DNA of 64,000 nucleotides from Eledone cirrhosa (taxonomy: Eukaryota): assembly GCA_964016885.1 (NCBI GenBank), contig OZ024741.1, forward strand, positions 313,410,001-313,474,000. The letters are read 5' to 3'. The notes below the pieces were generated by a model. That model worked only from the letters and a program-made list of their open reading frames with translations. It ran no database searches and had not been told where the DNA came from. Shown here one piece after another: positions 12,305-28,558 of this stretch. The translations under genes were made by a program, and so were the position numbers. How positions within the stretch are numbered: the first letter of the stretch is position 1; each line of letters starts with the position of its first letter.

Positions 12305-14381
12305 AGTTATACTTGAGGAGGGTCATATTGTAATCATCTTGTCAGAAATAATAACAGAGCACACACACTCGTTGGTTGGTTTTCGCTTTTGTAAGTTTTA
12401 TATCTCCATAGTTAATTCATTTGGCAATCAATGTCTATCATTGATTGACCAAAGGTAAAAAATAGAGATATAAATACATATATATAGTCTAAAAAAGTTC
12501 TTTCGTTGCACATCTGCCACATCATCACTGGTACTTTTATGTATCCCTCCTGTTGTATTGCAAGTCTACGCCATTTTTATTTTATCTGTTTATTTATTTA
12601 TTTTTATTTATTTTTGTCTTCGTCCCTGCGCATGCGTTTGCGTGTGTATATAGTGTTTGGTGTGTGTGTTCGCGTTTGGGTGACTGTGTTTTGATTATTG
12701 TATTCTATCTTAGTTTATTAGTGTGTCTTTATATGTGTTTCTTGTTATTGTGCTTGTGTATTTATTCATTTATTTATTTATTTATTTATATTTCTCTTAA
12801 GTCAGTATTGTTTGTTTGGGTGATGTTATTCCATTCATTTTTTCTGTTTAGCTTTGTCTTTTTAAGCTCTGTTTCGCTTACCTCTTTGATTTGCCTACGC
12901 GCTGGCTCATTTCTATGTTTAGATATTATTTTAATTTCTGTGTTGTCTATGTTACCGTCATGCTGGTGTCTGGCATGTTCGTAGGTACTGTACCTTTTTT
13001 TTTTCTTTCAATTCCCTCCAATATTGGTCTATACTTTCTCCTATGCATCGAGCTCTCTCGCCTGTGTATGGTGTTATCATGTTTATGCATGTACCCTCTG
13101 TATATCTTATGCTATAGACTACTTTTCTAGTTTTACAGTTTATCTGGGGGTTTATTTTACATATAGTACATTTCTTATTAGTACAGTGTGTTTTCTTAAA
13201 AGGGTGTGATTTGCAGATCAGTGATTCCATGGTAGTTCTCGGTTTTTCTAAAACTTTAATCTTTAAGTGGGTCTGTATCTGGGTCTTTCTACATTGGTTA
13301 GCTAATTTCCCTCCAGGGGTAGCGTCCACGAACATGACACTCTGGTATCTCTGGTTGTGGTACCATGAGGTGGCTTTGCCTATCTTATGTTTAGTACTAT
13401 CTAAGCTATTCCATGATTTGCTACTGTATAATGGGAAAATTCCTTTCATCTCCAGTTCTATGAGTGTCTTACACTTGTCAGTGGTTCCTTTGTATACTCT
13501 GATTCTGTCTCTTTGGTTGTAGCCAGAGAAATGCCTGCGCTTTATGAAGTGTTGGATGTGTCTTTCCATTTCCTTTGGATCGCACATGCGGCACACGTTC
13601 GTCATCACTTGTACCAAGTCTGCGATCACTGTATTAAACTTATCACTACTTAACATTGCTGAGTATTTGAGTAACAGGTATTTGGAGGCCATGGGTTTAG
13701 CGCAGTGTGAGTGGGGAATTTGGGCCCTCTCGTATATAGTGTTAATCCAGAATTCCATGTCTAATACAGGTAGTCTATTATTAGGGTGATGGGAAGGGTA
13801 TTCAATAGTTAGTTATATTCTGCTGTATGGAGTTAGCTATCTGCTGGATTATTTCCATTGTGCTATATCCTATTTTTTATTCGTTAGTACTCTCTTGTGG
13901 CGGTGTCCTTATTACTATATTAATATTGTCTACTTAAGGAGAGTACAGGATGAGGTCTATGGAGCTCTCTTCAAGGAGTTTTTGAGTCTCATTTCCCACC
14001 AAACCATAAAAAGGCTGGCAACATCACCAGCTATGCTGATCTAAATGGCTGCTGTCTCATTTTGAGTGTAGATATTTACGTTGAATTTGAATATTGGCCC
14101 TTTAGGGTAGTTTTAATACTAGCCCCCATTACATGCGCGACCATATTTCTTACCTGAGCATTGTTTTTGGATGTTGGTATGACTTTAGTCTACCCAATTC
14201 ACCCTCCCATGGGAGTCTTTTTTGCCCTTGAGGTTATGGTAGTGGGTCTACCATTGTTGGTTCTACTAGGGAAGAAACTGCTAAGAACACGGCTGTCTAG
14301 TTACTCGATGTCATAGGTAAGTCTAAGTAGGAGGCCCAGTTCATCTGTGTCGACGTCGCAGACCTCAACCTCACTCTCACA
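12305..14381 (-). mobile_element. PLE family 3 subfamily fragment after exon A1
   Basis: Minus-strand RT thumb and GIY-YIG remnants (ORF 12958-13758). The same position is occupied after every A exon. Confidence 0.85.
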
Positions 14382-14969
14382 GTAAAATTATATATATGTA
14401 AAAGGTAAACAGAAATAACAAGACAATCGGTACAGTATATGGAAGGGATATATTAGGTTAACGTTTGATATAGCCGGAATAGGGTCTTAGCATTTTGGAC
14501 ATTAGTCCTTCATTAGAAGAAAGGATGAGAAATAAAATAGATTGAGGGGACAGTTGGGTTGGAATTAGAAAAAATGTCCTTAGATAAAGATAACAGGTTC
14601 ATTCATGTTGACATTTCTTTCAGTGTTTGTATGTATGTGTGTGCGTGTGTGTTTATTTAAATGTAAGAAAGTCGCAATTGCATATCGTAGTAACTGGTAG
14701 AATATGGTAAGATTTGGAAGGATTATATATGTTGTTTTTCTTATAATATTGTTTGTTTATTTCATAATGTTTTTTTACCATTGCATTTAACAGAACTAAA
14801 AATCCATGTATACTTTATAGAGGATCGATTTCATTTTCAATAAATATATAAGTTCATATGTTTATCACTAGAAAAATATAATCTGAAAATTTCGTATGAA
14901 ATTGTTTCATTGATATCTGTAAGTAATTAATGATATCTTCAACATTATCATATATATTGATAGTTTTAG

Positions 14970-15104
14970 AATGCCCAGCAGGAACGTTTGGTGTTGCTTG
15001 TAAAGGGATCTGCCATTGTATCAACAATATTAACTGTGACAAGCGAAATGGAACATGTTTAGATGGATGTTCTGCAGGTTATATTGGTGTCAATTGCCAA
15101 GAAG
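14970..15104 (+). CDS. EGF-like exon B1 (135 nt, phase 1-1) of a multi-EGF protein gene
   Basis: ttttag|AATGC...GAAG|gtatct; [45 protein letters not shown], 8 Cys. Confidence 0.85.
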
Positions 15105-15165
15105 GTATCTCATAAAATTGTTACGTACTTTCTATACACACACATACACGCATACACACACACAC

Positions 15166-15200
<35 letters not shown>

Positions 15201-15739
15201 CACACACACTGATATATATATATGTATATATACATTTATATATATATACCGTGTATGCCGGTTTAAAAGTTGATCCGCTGCATAGGTCGACCCGTCAAAC
15301 ATCGTGGTTAAAGTCAGGTTGAGGCCTATATACGCCGGTTGAGACGACACCCCAGATATAAGGCTTTACCATCTCCTCAGCCGTAGATATGCTTGCCGTT
15401 GTTTATTTGCACAAAATATAAAATATGGAAATATACACTACATAGTTGTAAAATAAAAACGCATGTGAGGAAAGTACAATTGGTAAAATATATTTTTCAT
15501 TTAACAAAAATATTTAACTGAATTGTTTTATTAGTAAAGAAGATGCTACCACGCCGTCACTTGATATGCGGTAATTTTCAAAACCTAAATATTCCTTATC
15601 CAATGTGTATCAGCATTACATGGCGATATATTTTTATTTCGACCTTTTTGTTTCTTTGGATATTACAGCAGAATTTCGGACAGTTTAGATAATTCAGTGA
15701 ATCAGTATACCATTAATCTTATCACTATGATATTCATGA

Positions 15740-15806
<67 letters not shown>

Positions 15807-15917
15807 GGAGGCTTAGTAAAATCGAATCTTTGGCGGTGTGCAACAAAGTCGACCTACGATATGAATGAGGTAGCAAAGCACTCGACAAGGTAGGTCTTTA
15901 GAATAATAACATACGCT

Positions 15918-15979
<62 letters not shown>

Positions 15980-15987
15980 TATATATA

Positions 15988-16021
<34 letters not shown>

Positions 16022-16443
16022 TATGTAAGTACGTATGTATTTGTGTGAGTACGTTTGCATATATGCAATTATTTCTATACAGTATATATTATATATATAT
16101 ATATGTGTGTGAGTGTGTGTGTGTGTGTTTATTTAAATGTAAGAATGTCGCAAATACATATCGTAGTAACTGGTAGAATATGGTAATATTCGGAAGGATT
16201 ATATATCATATTTTTCTCATAAAATTGTTAGTTACTTTCATAATATTATTATCATTGCAATTAATTGAACTAAAACTCAAAGTATTTTTTATAAGGGATC
16301 GATATAATATTCAATAAATCTACAGCTTTATTTGTTCAACACAAGACCACTTTAATCTTGAAATTTAATATGAAATTGTAACATTGATATATGTATGTGA
16401 TTAATTATATCTTCAACATTACCATACATATTGATAATTTTAG

Positions 16444-16578
16444 AATGCCGAGCAGGAAGGTTTGGTGTTGCTTGTAATGGGACCTGCCATTGTATCAACA
16501 ACATGAACTGTGACAAGCGAAATGGAAGATGTTTAGATGGATGTTCTGCAGGTTATACTGGTTTCAATTGCCAAGAAG
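16444..16578 (+). CDS. EGF-like exon C1 (135 nt, phase 1-1)
   Basis: ttttag|...GAAG|gtatct; [45 protein letters not shown]. Confidence 0.85.
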
Positions 16579-16654
16579 GTATCTCATATAATTGTTACGT
16601 AATTATTAAACACACGCACACACACATACAGACACCAACACACACACACATTCG

Positions 16655-16780
<126 letters not shown>

Positions 16781-16894
16781 TAAGAGGAATTCCAACTTTG
16801 TCTGATTTACTCGTTTTATTTACAATCCTTTAAAATATATATAATGGTATTATAATGAAATAGTATGATAGAATATTAAATTCTAAGTGTTAAT

Positions 16895-16933
16895 TGAACA
16901 AGTACTTTCATGCTTTCGCAATCTTCAGGTTCA
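16895..16933 (-). ncRNA. Minimal type I hammerhead ribozyme, intact core
   Basis: Minus strand reads tgaac-CTGAAGA-t-tgc-GAAA-gca-t-GAAA-gtac-TT-gttca. It has a GNRA-capped stem II, a palindromic helix III (aagtactt) and a 5-bp stem I. Confidence 0.8.
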
Positions 16934-17002
16934 TGATATGGGTGACAGTCGAGTTTGCAATTTTCAACTGAATATTGCAAACTCGACTGTCACCACATAT
17001 CA

Positions 17003-17041
17003 TGAACCTGAAGATTGCGAAAGCATTAAAGTACTTGTTCA
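17003..17041 (+). ncRNA. Mirror hammerhead with G12->U mutation (predicted inactive)
   Basis: Same motif as 16895-16933, but the core GAAA reads TAAA (T at 17027). Confidence 0.65.
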
Positions 17042-17687
17042 ATTAACACTTAGAATTTAATATTCTATCATACTATTTCATTATAATACCATTATATATA
17101 TTTTAAAGGATTGTAAATAAAACGAGTAAATCAGAAAAAGTTGGAATTCCTCTTATTAATATAATCTTCTATACACAATCATACACACCCGTGTATATTT
17201 ACCTATCTATATCTATATATATATATATATATATAAAAGTTGAACCGCTGCATATCTCGACCCATCCAATTTTGGGGTACAAATCAGGTTTAGCCTTATA
17301 TACGCCAGTTTAGATGACACCCCTGGTATAAGGGATTACCTTCTCCCCAGCCGTAGATATGTTTGCCGTTGTTTATTTGCATAAAATAGAAAACATTAAA
17401 ATAAACACTAAATAGTTGTAAAATAAAAATTCAGTTAACAAAATTATTCATCTGAACTGTTTTATTAGTAAACAATATCCTACCACACCGTGACTTGATA
17501 CGCGGGAATTTTAAAAACCTAAATATTTATTATCCTAAGTATTCCTTCTCCAGCTTAGATGGCGATATATATTTACTTTCGTCCTGTTATGTTTCGTGGG
17601 GAAATTACAGTAGTTTTCCGATAATTTAGACAATTAGGTGAATCAGTACTTCCATTAATATAATAGGTATGATATTAATTCTAATAG

Positions 17688-18765
17688 GAATCGCTTGTGA
17701 GGACAATGCAAGCTATGTACAGGGGTGCTTCAGTAAAGTGACAATAGAAATGGAGTTTAGTGATGAATTCCAGATACAAGTAGGTGTGCATAAAAGTTAG
17801 CTCCTCAGCCCAATCTTGTTCATTATAGTCCTCCAAGCCATAACAGAGGTGTTTAAGACTGGCTGCCCATGGGAACTTCCATATGCTGATGATCTGATTT
17901 TTATAGCAGATTTAGTAGAGGAGCTAGAGAATAAATTCTGGCTATGGAAACAGCAGTTGGAATCAAGAGGCCTGAGAGGGAATATAGATAAAACAAAAGT
18001 GTTGATAAATAGAAGAGAGGACAATGCTCTGATTCCATCAGGGAATTGGTCATGTTAGATATATAGGAAAGGAACTTGCATAAATTCCGTAAAATGTAGT
18101 GGGATAGCCGGCAAACTAACAGGTAGTAATCGCTGTGATAGACTCATTTTTCCAATGCAGGTGGGTTCTATAGAAGAGGTTGATAGCTTCCGGTACCTAG
18201 GTGATCAGATAAGCATAGGAGGAGGGTGTTCCTGGTCCATTGTATCTAGGATAAGGGCGGGTTGGAAGAAGTTTATGGAGCTGCTTCCTCTGTTGACAAA
18301 GAAGCGTTTCTCCCTGCGTACAAAAGGACGGTTATATGATATCTGTGTGAGATGCGAGGATACTGCATTTTAGTTAGAAATGGATAGCAACTGCTGAAGA
18401 TATGCGACGGCTGGAGAGATATGAAGCAAGTATGCTCCGTTGGATGTGCAATTTTTATGTGCGTGAACGACAAAACATAGACGAGGTGAGAAGGAATCTG
18501 GGTATGAGGGGGTTAAGTTGTGGTCTGCAGGAGAGAAGGCTGAGATGGTAGCGACATATGCTGTGCACGGAGGATTAGCGCTGGGTGAAGAAGTGTCAGG
18601 AAGTCCAAGTGGAGGGAAGACGCAGTATATGTAGACCACGAAAAACATGGGCGGAGCTGGTGAAACTTACTGAGGAGATGATAAGTGACCGTGAAACGTG
18701 GGGACATGCTGTGCTAATTATCACCCGTCCAACCATTGCAAGCAGGGAAAAGCGGGCGGAAAAAT
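17688..18765 (+). mobile_element. RTE-type LINE fragment (family 2) after exon C1
   Basis: LFIIVLQAITEVFKTGCPWELPYADDL and FRYLG, with stops. Paralogous copies follow every C exon. Confidence 0.85.
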
Positions 18766-19102
18766 GATAATAAATAAAAATGCATGTGAAGAAATTGCAA
18801 TTTGCCAAATATACTTTTCAGTTAATAAAATGTTTTAACTGAACAGTTTTATTGGTAAGCAACATGCTACCACACCATCACTTGATACGCGGTAAATGAA
18901 TAATCTAAATCTTCCTTATCCAATGTGTATCATTATTACGTGTCTATATGATTTTACTTTCGACCTGTTTTGTTTCGTGGGGAAATTACCGGAGAAGTTC
19001 CGATAGTTTAGATAATTCAGTGAATCATTATACCATTCATATTATAACTATGATATTCATGATGATATTATAGATTTAAATGTGTGTATATATGTATGTA
19101 TG

Positions 19103-19136
<34 letters not shown>

Positions 19137-19189
19137 TGTATGTATGTATGTATGTATGTATGTATGTTTGTATGTATGTATGTATGTAT

Positions 19190-21985
19190 GGATGGCATTC
19201 ATGCTGAGCTCCTACAATATGGTGGTGAGACACTCCTGCAACATCTTCACTCTTTGTTTGGCAGGATATGGGCTAATGAATCCGTACCTGAGGACTGAAG
19301 AGATGCAGTAATGGTGGTCTTGTACAAGGGAAAGGGTAACAGGAACGATTGTGGGAACTACAGAGGTATATCATTGCTTTCTGTCGTAGGGAAAGTTTTA
19401 TGTAGGGTGCTTCTGGACCGTCTGCTGACACACATTGCAGATTGTGTTATTCCTGAAAGTCAATCTGGTTTTCGTGCTGGACGCGGCACTACTGATATGA
19501 TCTTCTCAGCTAGACAGCTCCAGGAAAAGTGCATGGAACAAGTCTTGGATCTGTATCAGGTTTTTGTCGATCTGACAAAAGCTTTCGATACTGTTAACAG
19601 AGATGCATTATGGAAGGTTCTCCAGAAAGTTGGTTGCCCTGATAAGTTCCTTGCTTTAGTTAGGTCTTTCCATGACGACATGAAGGCTTGGGTTAATGTC
19701 GGGGGTTATATGTCGGAGCCTATCTCAGTAAAAAATGGAGTGAAACAGGGGGATATTCCAGCTCCGACCCTGTTTGCCATATACTTTGCAATGGTTTTCT
19801 GTATTGCATTCAGGAAATGCGAGCATGGTGTTTACATCCGATTTCGAACCTCAGGCAGCATATTTAACATCAGGCGCTTGGCTGCGAAGACAAAAGTATT
19901 TACATCAATCATAAGAGACCTCTTGTATGCAGATGATTGATTGCGATCTAGTAGCGCACACAGAGAGTGAAATGCAGCACATTTTGAATGCATTTTCTGA
20001 CGCTTGCACTGCCCTAGGTCTGACTGTCAGTCTCAAGAAAACCGTCGTCATGTACCAACCTGCCCCTGGTAAGCAGTACACTGAACCAAATATCTATGTG
20101 TATGGCAAACGACTTGGAGTGGTTGATCAGTTTGTCTACCTGGGAAGCACTGTCAATCGATACAGCAACCTTGACAGTGAAATCTCACTTAGGATTAGGA
20201 AAGCAAGTGATGCTTTCGGAAAGCTAGAAAGGCGACTCTGGGGTTGGCGAGACATATGCAAGAAGACAAAGGTAAAGGTGTACAATGCATGTGTGCTCTC
20301 TTCTCATCTTTATGCATGCGAGACCTGGGTCACATATCGACACCACCTTAAGCAATAGGAGCGTTTACATCAGATGTTTCTCAGACGGGTCCATGGCGTT
20401 CACTGGAGAGACCACATCAGTGATTTAGAGATTTTGGAAAGACCTCTGTGTGACAGTATAGAGGCTCTTGTGTTTAAACAAAGACTCCGTTGGAGTGGTC
20501 ACCTTGCCAGGATGAGGGATTCTAGAATACCAACACAACTCTTTTATGGAGAGTTAGTTAAAGGAAAACGACCTCCACATAAACCTAAAAAGTGGTATAA
20601 GGATTAATTGAAAGCCTCTTTGAAAGACGCTAACATTATGTGAGGAAGGGCATTACTGTTTCAATTCGAGACGGCGGAGGTACTCCTATGGTGCTGACAT
20701 GCAGCGTCTGTGCAAGACTCTGCCTAAGCACAGCTGGACTCGAAATTCATCTTCACAGTCATAAAATGAGACGAGTGGTTGACATATGCAGGAGGACAAA
20801 GGTAAAGGTGTACTGGGCATGTGTGCTCTCTTGTCTTATTTATGCCTGCAAGAGCTGGGTCACATATCGACACCACCTTAATTAATTGGAGCGTTTCCAT
20901 CAGATGTGTCTCAGACGGATCCATGGCGTTCACTGGAGGGACCACATCAGTGATGTCGAGATTTTGGAAAGCTCTATGTGTGACAGTATAGAAGCTCTTG
21001 TGCTTAAGCAACGACTCCGTTGGAGTGGTCACCTTGCCAGGATGAAGGATTCTAGAATACCAAAACAACTCTTTTATGGAGAGTTGGTTAAAGGAAAACG
21101 ACCGCCACATAAACCAAAACAGAGGTATAAGGATTCCTTAAAAGCCTCTCTGAAAGACGCTAAAACCTCTGCTGATACATGGGAGTATATTGCTGCTGAT
21201 CGTAATAAAAGGAGAAAGACTGTATATGAGGGAAAAGTTGCCTTTGAGGCATCTCGAATCGCATACGAGAAAGTAAAGCGGGATGTGAGGAAGGGCATTG
21301 TTGTTGCACTTCCAGACGGCGAGGGTCCTCCTATGGTGCTGACATGCAGCGTATGTGCGAGACTCTGCCTAAGCAAAGCTGGACTCGAAAGTCATCTTCG
21401 CAGTCATAAAGTAAGACCAGTGGTTGACTACCAGGCTGTTGTTGGAGATGCTACTCATCATGCTTGCCAAACATGTGGTAGAGAATGTAAATCAGCAGTA
21501 GGGCTCAAGCGACATGCAAAAGTACACGAACTCCAACCACAGCCGACTATTCCCAGTAAATGTTTTGGTTGCCGACTCTGTGCAAGACATTTTAGATCAT
21601 TGGCTGGGCTAAAAAGCCACATTCGATCGCAGCGCTGTTAGTTGCTATCGTGTGTGTGTGTGTGTGTGTATAGATATGCTTATATGTGTGCGTGTGTGTG
21701 TATATATATATGTATATGTATATTATTATTGTTGTTGTCGTTATTATTATTGTTGTTATTATTATTATTATTATTATTATTGTTATTAATGTATGTGTGT
21801 GTGTATATGTGTGTGTGAGTATGTGTGTGTGTGTGTGTGTATATATGTATGTATATGTATATATATATATATATATATTTCTTTTTTTTATTTTAATTTT
21901 CTTTTTACTTATTTATTATTATTTTTTTTTTTTATCTTTCTCCTCGTGCAATGGCCATACTCGATAATGAGGGGGCAGCCATCAT
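19190..21985 (+). mobile_element. RTE (BovB-like) LINE, 5'-truncated, with C-terminal C2H2 zinc fingers
   Basis: NYRGISLLS, QSGFRAGRGT, FVDLTKAFD, GVKQG, YADD, RLRWSGH; three CxxC-x12-H-type fingers; (TATG)n on both sides. Confidence 0.92.
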
Positions 21986-22141
21986 GTATGTATGTATGTA
22001 TGTATGTATGTATGTATGTATGTATGTATCTATGTATGTATGTATGTATGTATGTATGTATGTATGTATGTATGTATGTATGTATTTATGTATGTATGTA
22101 TGTGTGTGTATCTGTGTATATATGCATTTATATATATACAG

Positions 22142-22198
<57 letters not shown>

Positions 22199-22213
22199 TA
22201 TATATACGTCAGT

Positions 22214-24243
<2,030 letters not shown>

Positions 24244-24911
24244 CTATATAATATTTTGAGAATAAGCTCTCAGTCCTTTACAATAATTAAGCTCCAGGAA
24301 AGGGTCATTTCCGAGCAGTTAAATATACATTAAAATACATGATAAACACAAAACGTGTTTGCATTGCAACAGACAGTCAGCTATTAATGAAATAAACTAA
24401 TTAAAGTGAATACAATTTGTCTGTCTCGATATAAGTCAATAAAGACAATCTTATATTGGCAACTGCCATGATTCCTGGACAGATTTAAATTTCAAAATCC
24501 AAACCTGTTCTGTAGACGAATTTGAACCTCGAAACCTAAATCCGTTTCGCAATGGTGGTATGTGAATTTAAAAAATAAAGAGAATCGAAATGGAATTGAA
24601 ATAAAAAGTGGAATATCCGAATCTTCTGTGCATATCAACAGGAATCCAGTAGAAATTAGTACATTTCACGGTCTGATATATATATTGTTATACTTTGGGA
24701 GGGTCATGTTGCCAATAATATATATATATATATATATATGCGTATGTGCGTGTGGGTGTGTGTCTGTTTTTGGTAAAATATGATAATATTTAGAACGATT
24801 ATATATCATTTTTTTCTTATAATACTGTTTGTTTCTTTCATAATGTTTTTGACATTGGATTTAACTGAACTAAAAATCCATGTATGCTTTAGAGAGAATC
24901 GTTATAGATAA

Positions 24912-25561
24912 TCTATATATATAAAACTGAGGATGTATGTCTGTGTGTCTGTATATCTGTGAGTTTGAATCCCTAAAACTCTAGAATTACCAAATCGATT
25001 TATTTCAAAATTTACACGTGTATTATTTATGTTTCAGGCAACGTTATGCAGATAAATTTCATCTTGTTTGAGCCCCTAGGAGCCGCATTAAGGGAAAAAA
25101 TGCGTTTTATTTCAGATTTTAGGTGTATTTTGAGGCGTTACGTCAAACCGATTTTCTTGAAATTGTAACTATGTAATAGTCACTCTCTTATTCATACCGG
25201 GAGCAAAGAAAATCCAACTTTTCTATTGGCTAATGTCCCAATTAGGTGAGAAACTTCATATTTTTCAGCTTTTTAGGGCTAATTATTTGAGGCCTAACGT
25301 CTAGCCGAATTTCCCGAAACTTCAAGGCATATTAAGCACATAAAAACAATTCATTTTCTTGATCCCCTAGGGCCCAGATTCGGTGAAAACCTGTATTTTT
25401 CCTGCTTCATCGAGGAAAATCTTAAAGATTATCCAGCCATCGGAGTATTCGGTTTATTTTCTTTACATATCATCCAGGCATGAAGTTTTCCACGATTAAG
25501 CATATTGGCAGCCCGCGTTCCAAAATACCTTGTCCCGTGCGACGCCGGGTACCACTGCTAG
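24912..25561 (+). mobile_element. Non-autonomous Helitron (family 1), copy 2
   Basis: a|TCTATATATATAAAA ... gacgccgggtaccactgCTAG|t. Confidence 0.85.
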
Positions 25562-25696
25562 TATTCAATAAATATACACGTTCATTTCTTTATCACACGA
25601 CCACTTTAATCGTAAAATTTTGTATGAAATTGTATCATTGATATCTCTATGTGAATAATTATATATGCAAAATATCACATATATTGATATTTTTAG

Positions 25697-25831
25697 AATG
25701 CCGAGCAGGAACGTTTGATGTTGCTTGTAATGGGACATGCCATTGTATCAACAGCATAAACTGTGCCAAGCGAAATGGAACATGTTCAGATGGATGTTCT
25801 GCAGGTTATACTGTTGTCATTTGCCAAGAAG
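25697..25831 (+). pseudogene. EGF-like exon A2 (donor dead)
   Basis: AG acceptor present, donor AT; [45 protein letters not shown]. Confidence 0.8.
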
Positions 25832-25926
25832 ATATCTCATAAATTGTTGCGTACTTACTACACACACACATACACACACACACACAACCACATACACACA
25901 CACACACATACACTGACAAATACACG

Positions 25927-25998
<72 letters not shown>

Positions 25999-25999
25999 T

Positions 26000-28168
26000 A
26001 GTTATACTTGAGGAGGGTCATATTGTAATCATTTTGCCAGAAATAATAACAGACACACTCACTCTTTGGTTGGTTTTCGCTTTGTATGTTTTATATCTCC
26101 ATAGTTAATTAATTTGGCAATCAATGTATATCATTGATTGACCAACGGTCAAACATACAAATATAAATACATATATATAGTCTAAAGATGTTCTTTCGTT
26201 GCACATCTGCAACATCATCAGTGGTACTATTATGTAGCCCCCCTTTTCTATTACAAGTCTATGCCATTTTTATTTCATCTGTTTTTTTATTTATATTTAT
26301 TTATTCATTTCTTCGTCGCTGCGCATGCGTTTGTGCGTGTGTATAGTGCTTGGTGTGTGTGTTCGCGTTTATGTGACTGTGTTTTGGTTATTGTATTCTA
26401 TCTTAGTTTATTAGTGTGTCTTTATATGTGTTTTTTCTTGCTATTGTGCTTGTGTATTTATTCATTTATTTATTTATATAATTATATTTCTCTTAAGTCA
26501 GTATTGTTTGTTTGGGTGTTGTTATTCCATTCATTTATTCTGTTTAGCTTTGTCTTTTTAAGCTCTCTCTCGCTTGCCTCTTTGACCTGCCTAGTTGCTG
26601 GCTCATTTCTATGCTTAGATATTATTTTAATTTCTATGTTGTCTATGTTACCGTCATGTTGTAACATTTTTTTGTTCTTTTAATTCCCCCCAATGTTGGT
26701 CTATACTTTCTCCTATACATCGAGCTGTCTCGCCTATGTATGGTGTAGTCATGTCTCTGCAAGTAGCCACTGTACATCTTAAGCTATAGACTACATTTCT
26801 AGTTTTACAGTTTATCTGAGGGTTTACTTTACATATAGCACATTTCTTATTAGCAAAGAGGGTTTTCTTAAAAGCGTGTGATTTGCTGATCGGGGATTTC
26901 ATGGCAGTACCTAGTTTTTCTAAAACTTTAATCTTTAAAAGGGTCTTTCTCAGGGCCTTTCTACATTGGTTAGCTAATTTCCCTTCAGGGGTAGCATCCA
27001 CGAATTTGACACCATGGTATCTCTGGTTGTGGTACACTGAGGTGGCTTTGCCTCTCTTATGTTTAGTCCTATCTAAGCTATTCCATGGTTTGCTCCTGTA
27101 TATTGGGAAAATTCCTTTCATGTCCAGTTCTATGAGGGTCTTATACTTCTCAGTGGTTCCTTTGTATACTCTGATTATGTCTGTTTGTTTATAGCCAGAG
27201 AAATGCATGGTCTTTATGAAGTGTTGGATGTGTCTTTCCATTTCTTTTGGGTCGCACATGCGGCACACGTTCTTTATTTTGAGGCCATGGGTTTAGCGTA
27301 GTGTGAGTGGGGAATTTGGGCCCTCTCGTATATAGTATTAATCCAGAGTTCCGTGTCTAATACAGGTAGTCTATTATTAGGGTGATTGGAAGGGTATTCA
27401 ATAGTTACAGTTATACTCTGGTGTATGGAGATAGCTATCTGCTGGATTCTTTCCATTGTGATATATTATAATTTATATTCGTTAGTACTCTCTTGTGGCG
27501 GTGTCCTTATCACTATATTCATATTGTCTACGTAAGGAGAGTACATGATGAGGTCAATGAATCTTCCTTCAAGGAGATTTTTGAGTCTCATTTCCCACAA
27601 AACCATAAAAAGATCATCAACATCACCAGCTATGCTGATCCAAATGGTTGCTGCCTCATTTTCGGTGTAGATATTTACGTTGAATTTGAATATATAGCCC
27701 TTTAGGGTAGATTTAATACTAGCCCCCATTGCATGCGCGACCATTTTTGTCACCTTATCATTGTTTTATGGATTTAGTCCACTCAATTCACCCTCCCATG
27801 GGAGTCCTTTTTGCCATTGAGGTTATGGTGGTGGGTATACCAATTATGGGTCTCCTAGGGCAGAACCGACTAATAACACGGCTGTCTAGGTACTCGGTGT
27901 CATAGGTAAGACTAAGTAGGAGGCCCAGTTCATCTGTGTCTACGTCGCAGACCACAACCTAACTCTCACTGATTATCTCCACACGTGTTTCCACAGCAAA
28001 ATCAATGTTAATGGATGGGTATAGTGATACAACGCCCATACTGCGTATTATGCAGTTAGATAGGTTTTCTTTTTGTTCCACTCATTGATTCTGCTGTGGA
28101 GGTCTTCTGTACTGTCACATACATCTGGGTACATCATGATTAAGGGGCATATAACCACTGATAGGAAC
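26000..28168 (-). mobile_element. PLE family 3 subfamily fragment after exon A2
   Basis: Minus ORFs 26482-27753 (YSPYVDN, LPVLDTELW, YIGETAR); paralogous to 12305-14381. Confidence 0.85.
26177..26230 (-). ncRNA. Hammerhead-like core (PLE family 3 subfamily); paralogs at 12484-12536, 33921-33973, 50584-50637
   Basis: Minus strand reads CTGATGA-t-gttgca-gatg-tgcaac-GAAA-gaac. Stem I is eroded. Confidence 0.6.
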
Positions 28169-28558
28169 GAGGAGATATTAGCGTGTCCTTCATCGTAATG
28201 ATAGGCCTTCCATCGGATTCGAGGGATGAAGTCATTAGACCTTGTTAGTATGTATAGGTATGTTTTTCAATGACATACCTATATGGTGCTTTTCCATGTT
28301 AGTGCCGTGCGTTAAAGTTATTTCTCAACCTAGTGGGAGCTGGGTATATGGCGTAACATGTTATCGTTATAGATAATCCAGTTATAGGCTGTGAGTATTC
28401 TGCGTCGTGGATCATTTTAACGTACAGCTTTATTTAACACAACAAGATGTTTCAATAGTTAGGCAACGAGTTCGCGGTAATTTCTATGTAGATTATACTT
28501 GGAGGAGTAATAGGGAAATAATAAAGAGTAACATGGTTGGCTCTACAACAAGGGGCTT

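Noticed and set aside
14930-15115. EGF ORFs as single-exon secreted peptides with a hydrophobic leader (MISSTLSYILIVLE)
   Set aside because: The apparent leader is the intronic AT-rich acceptor tract. Exact AG/GT boundaries and 135-nt phase symmetry fit internal exons.
15850-15897. SECIS-like ATGA..AAA..GA hairpin
   Set aside because: Helix II is too short for a canonical SECIS and there is no linked UGA-containing ORF.
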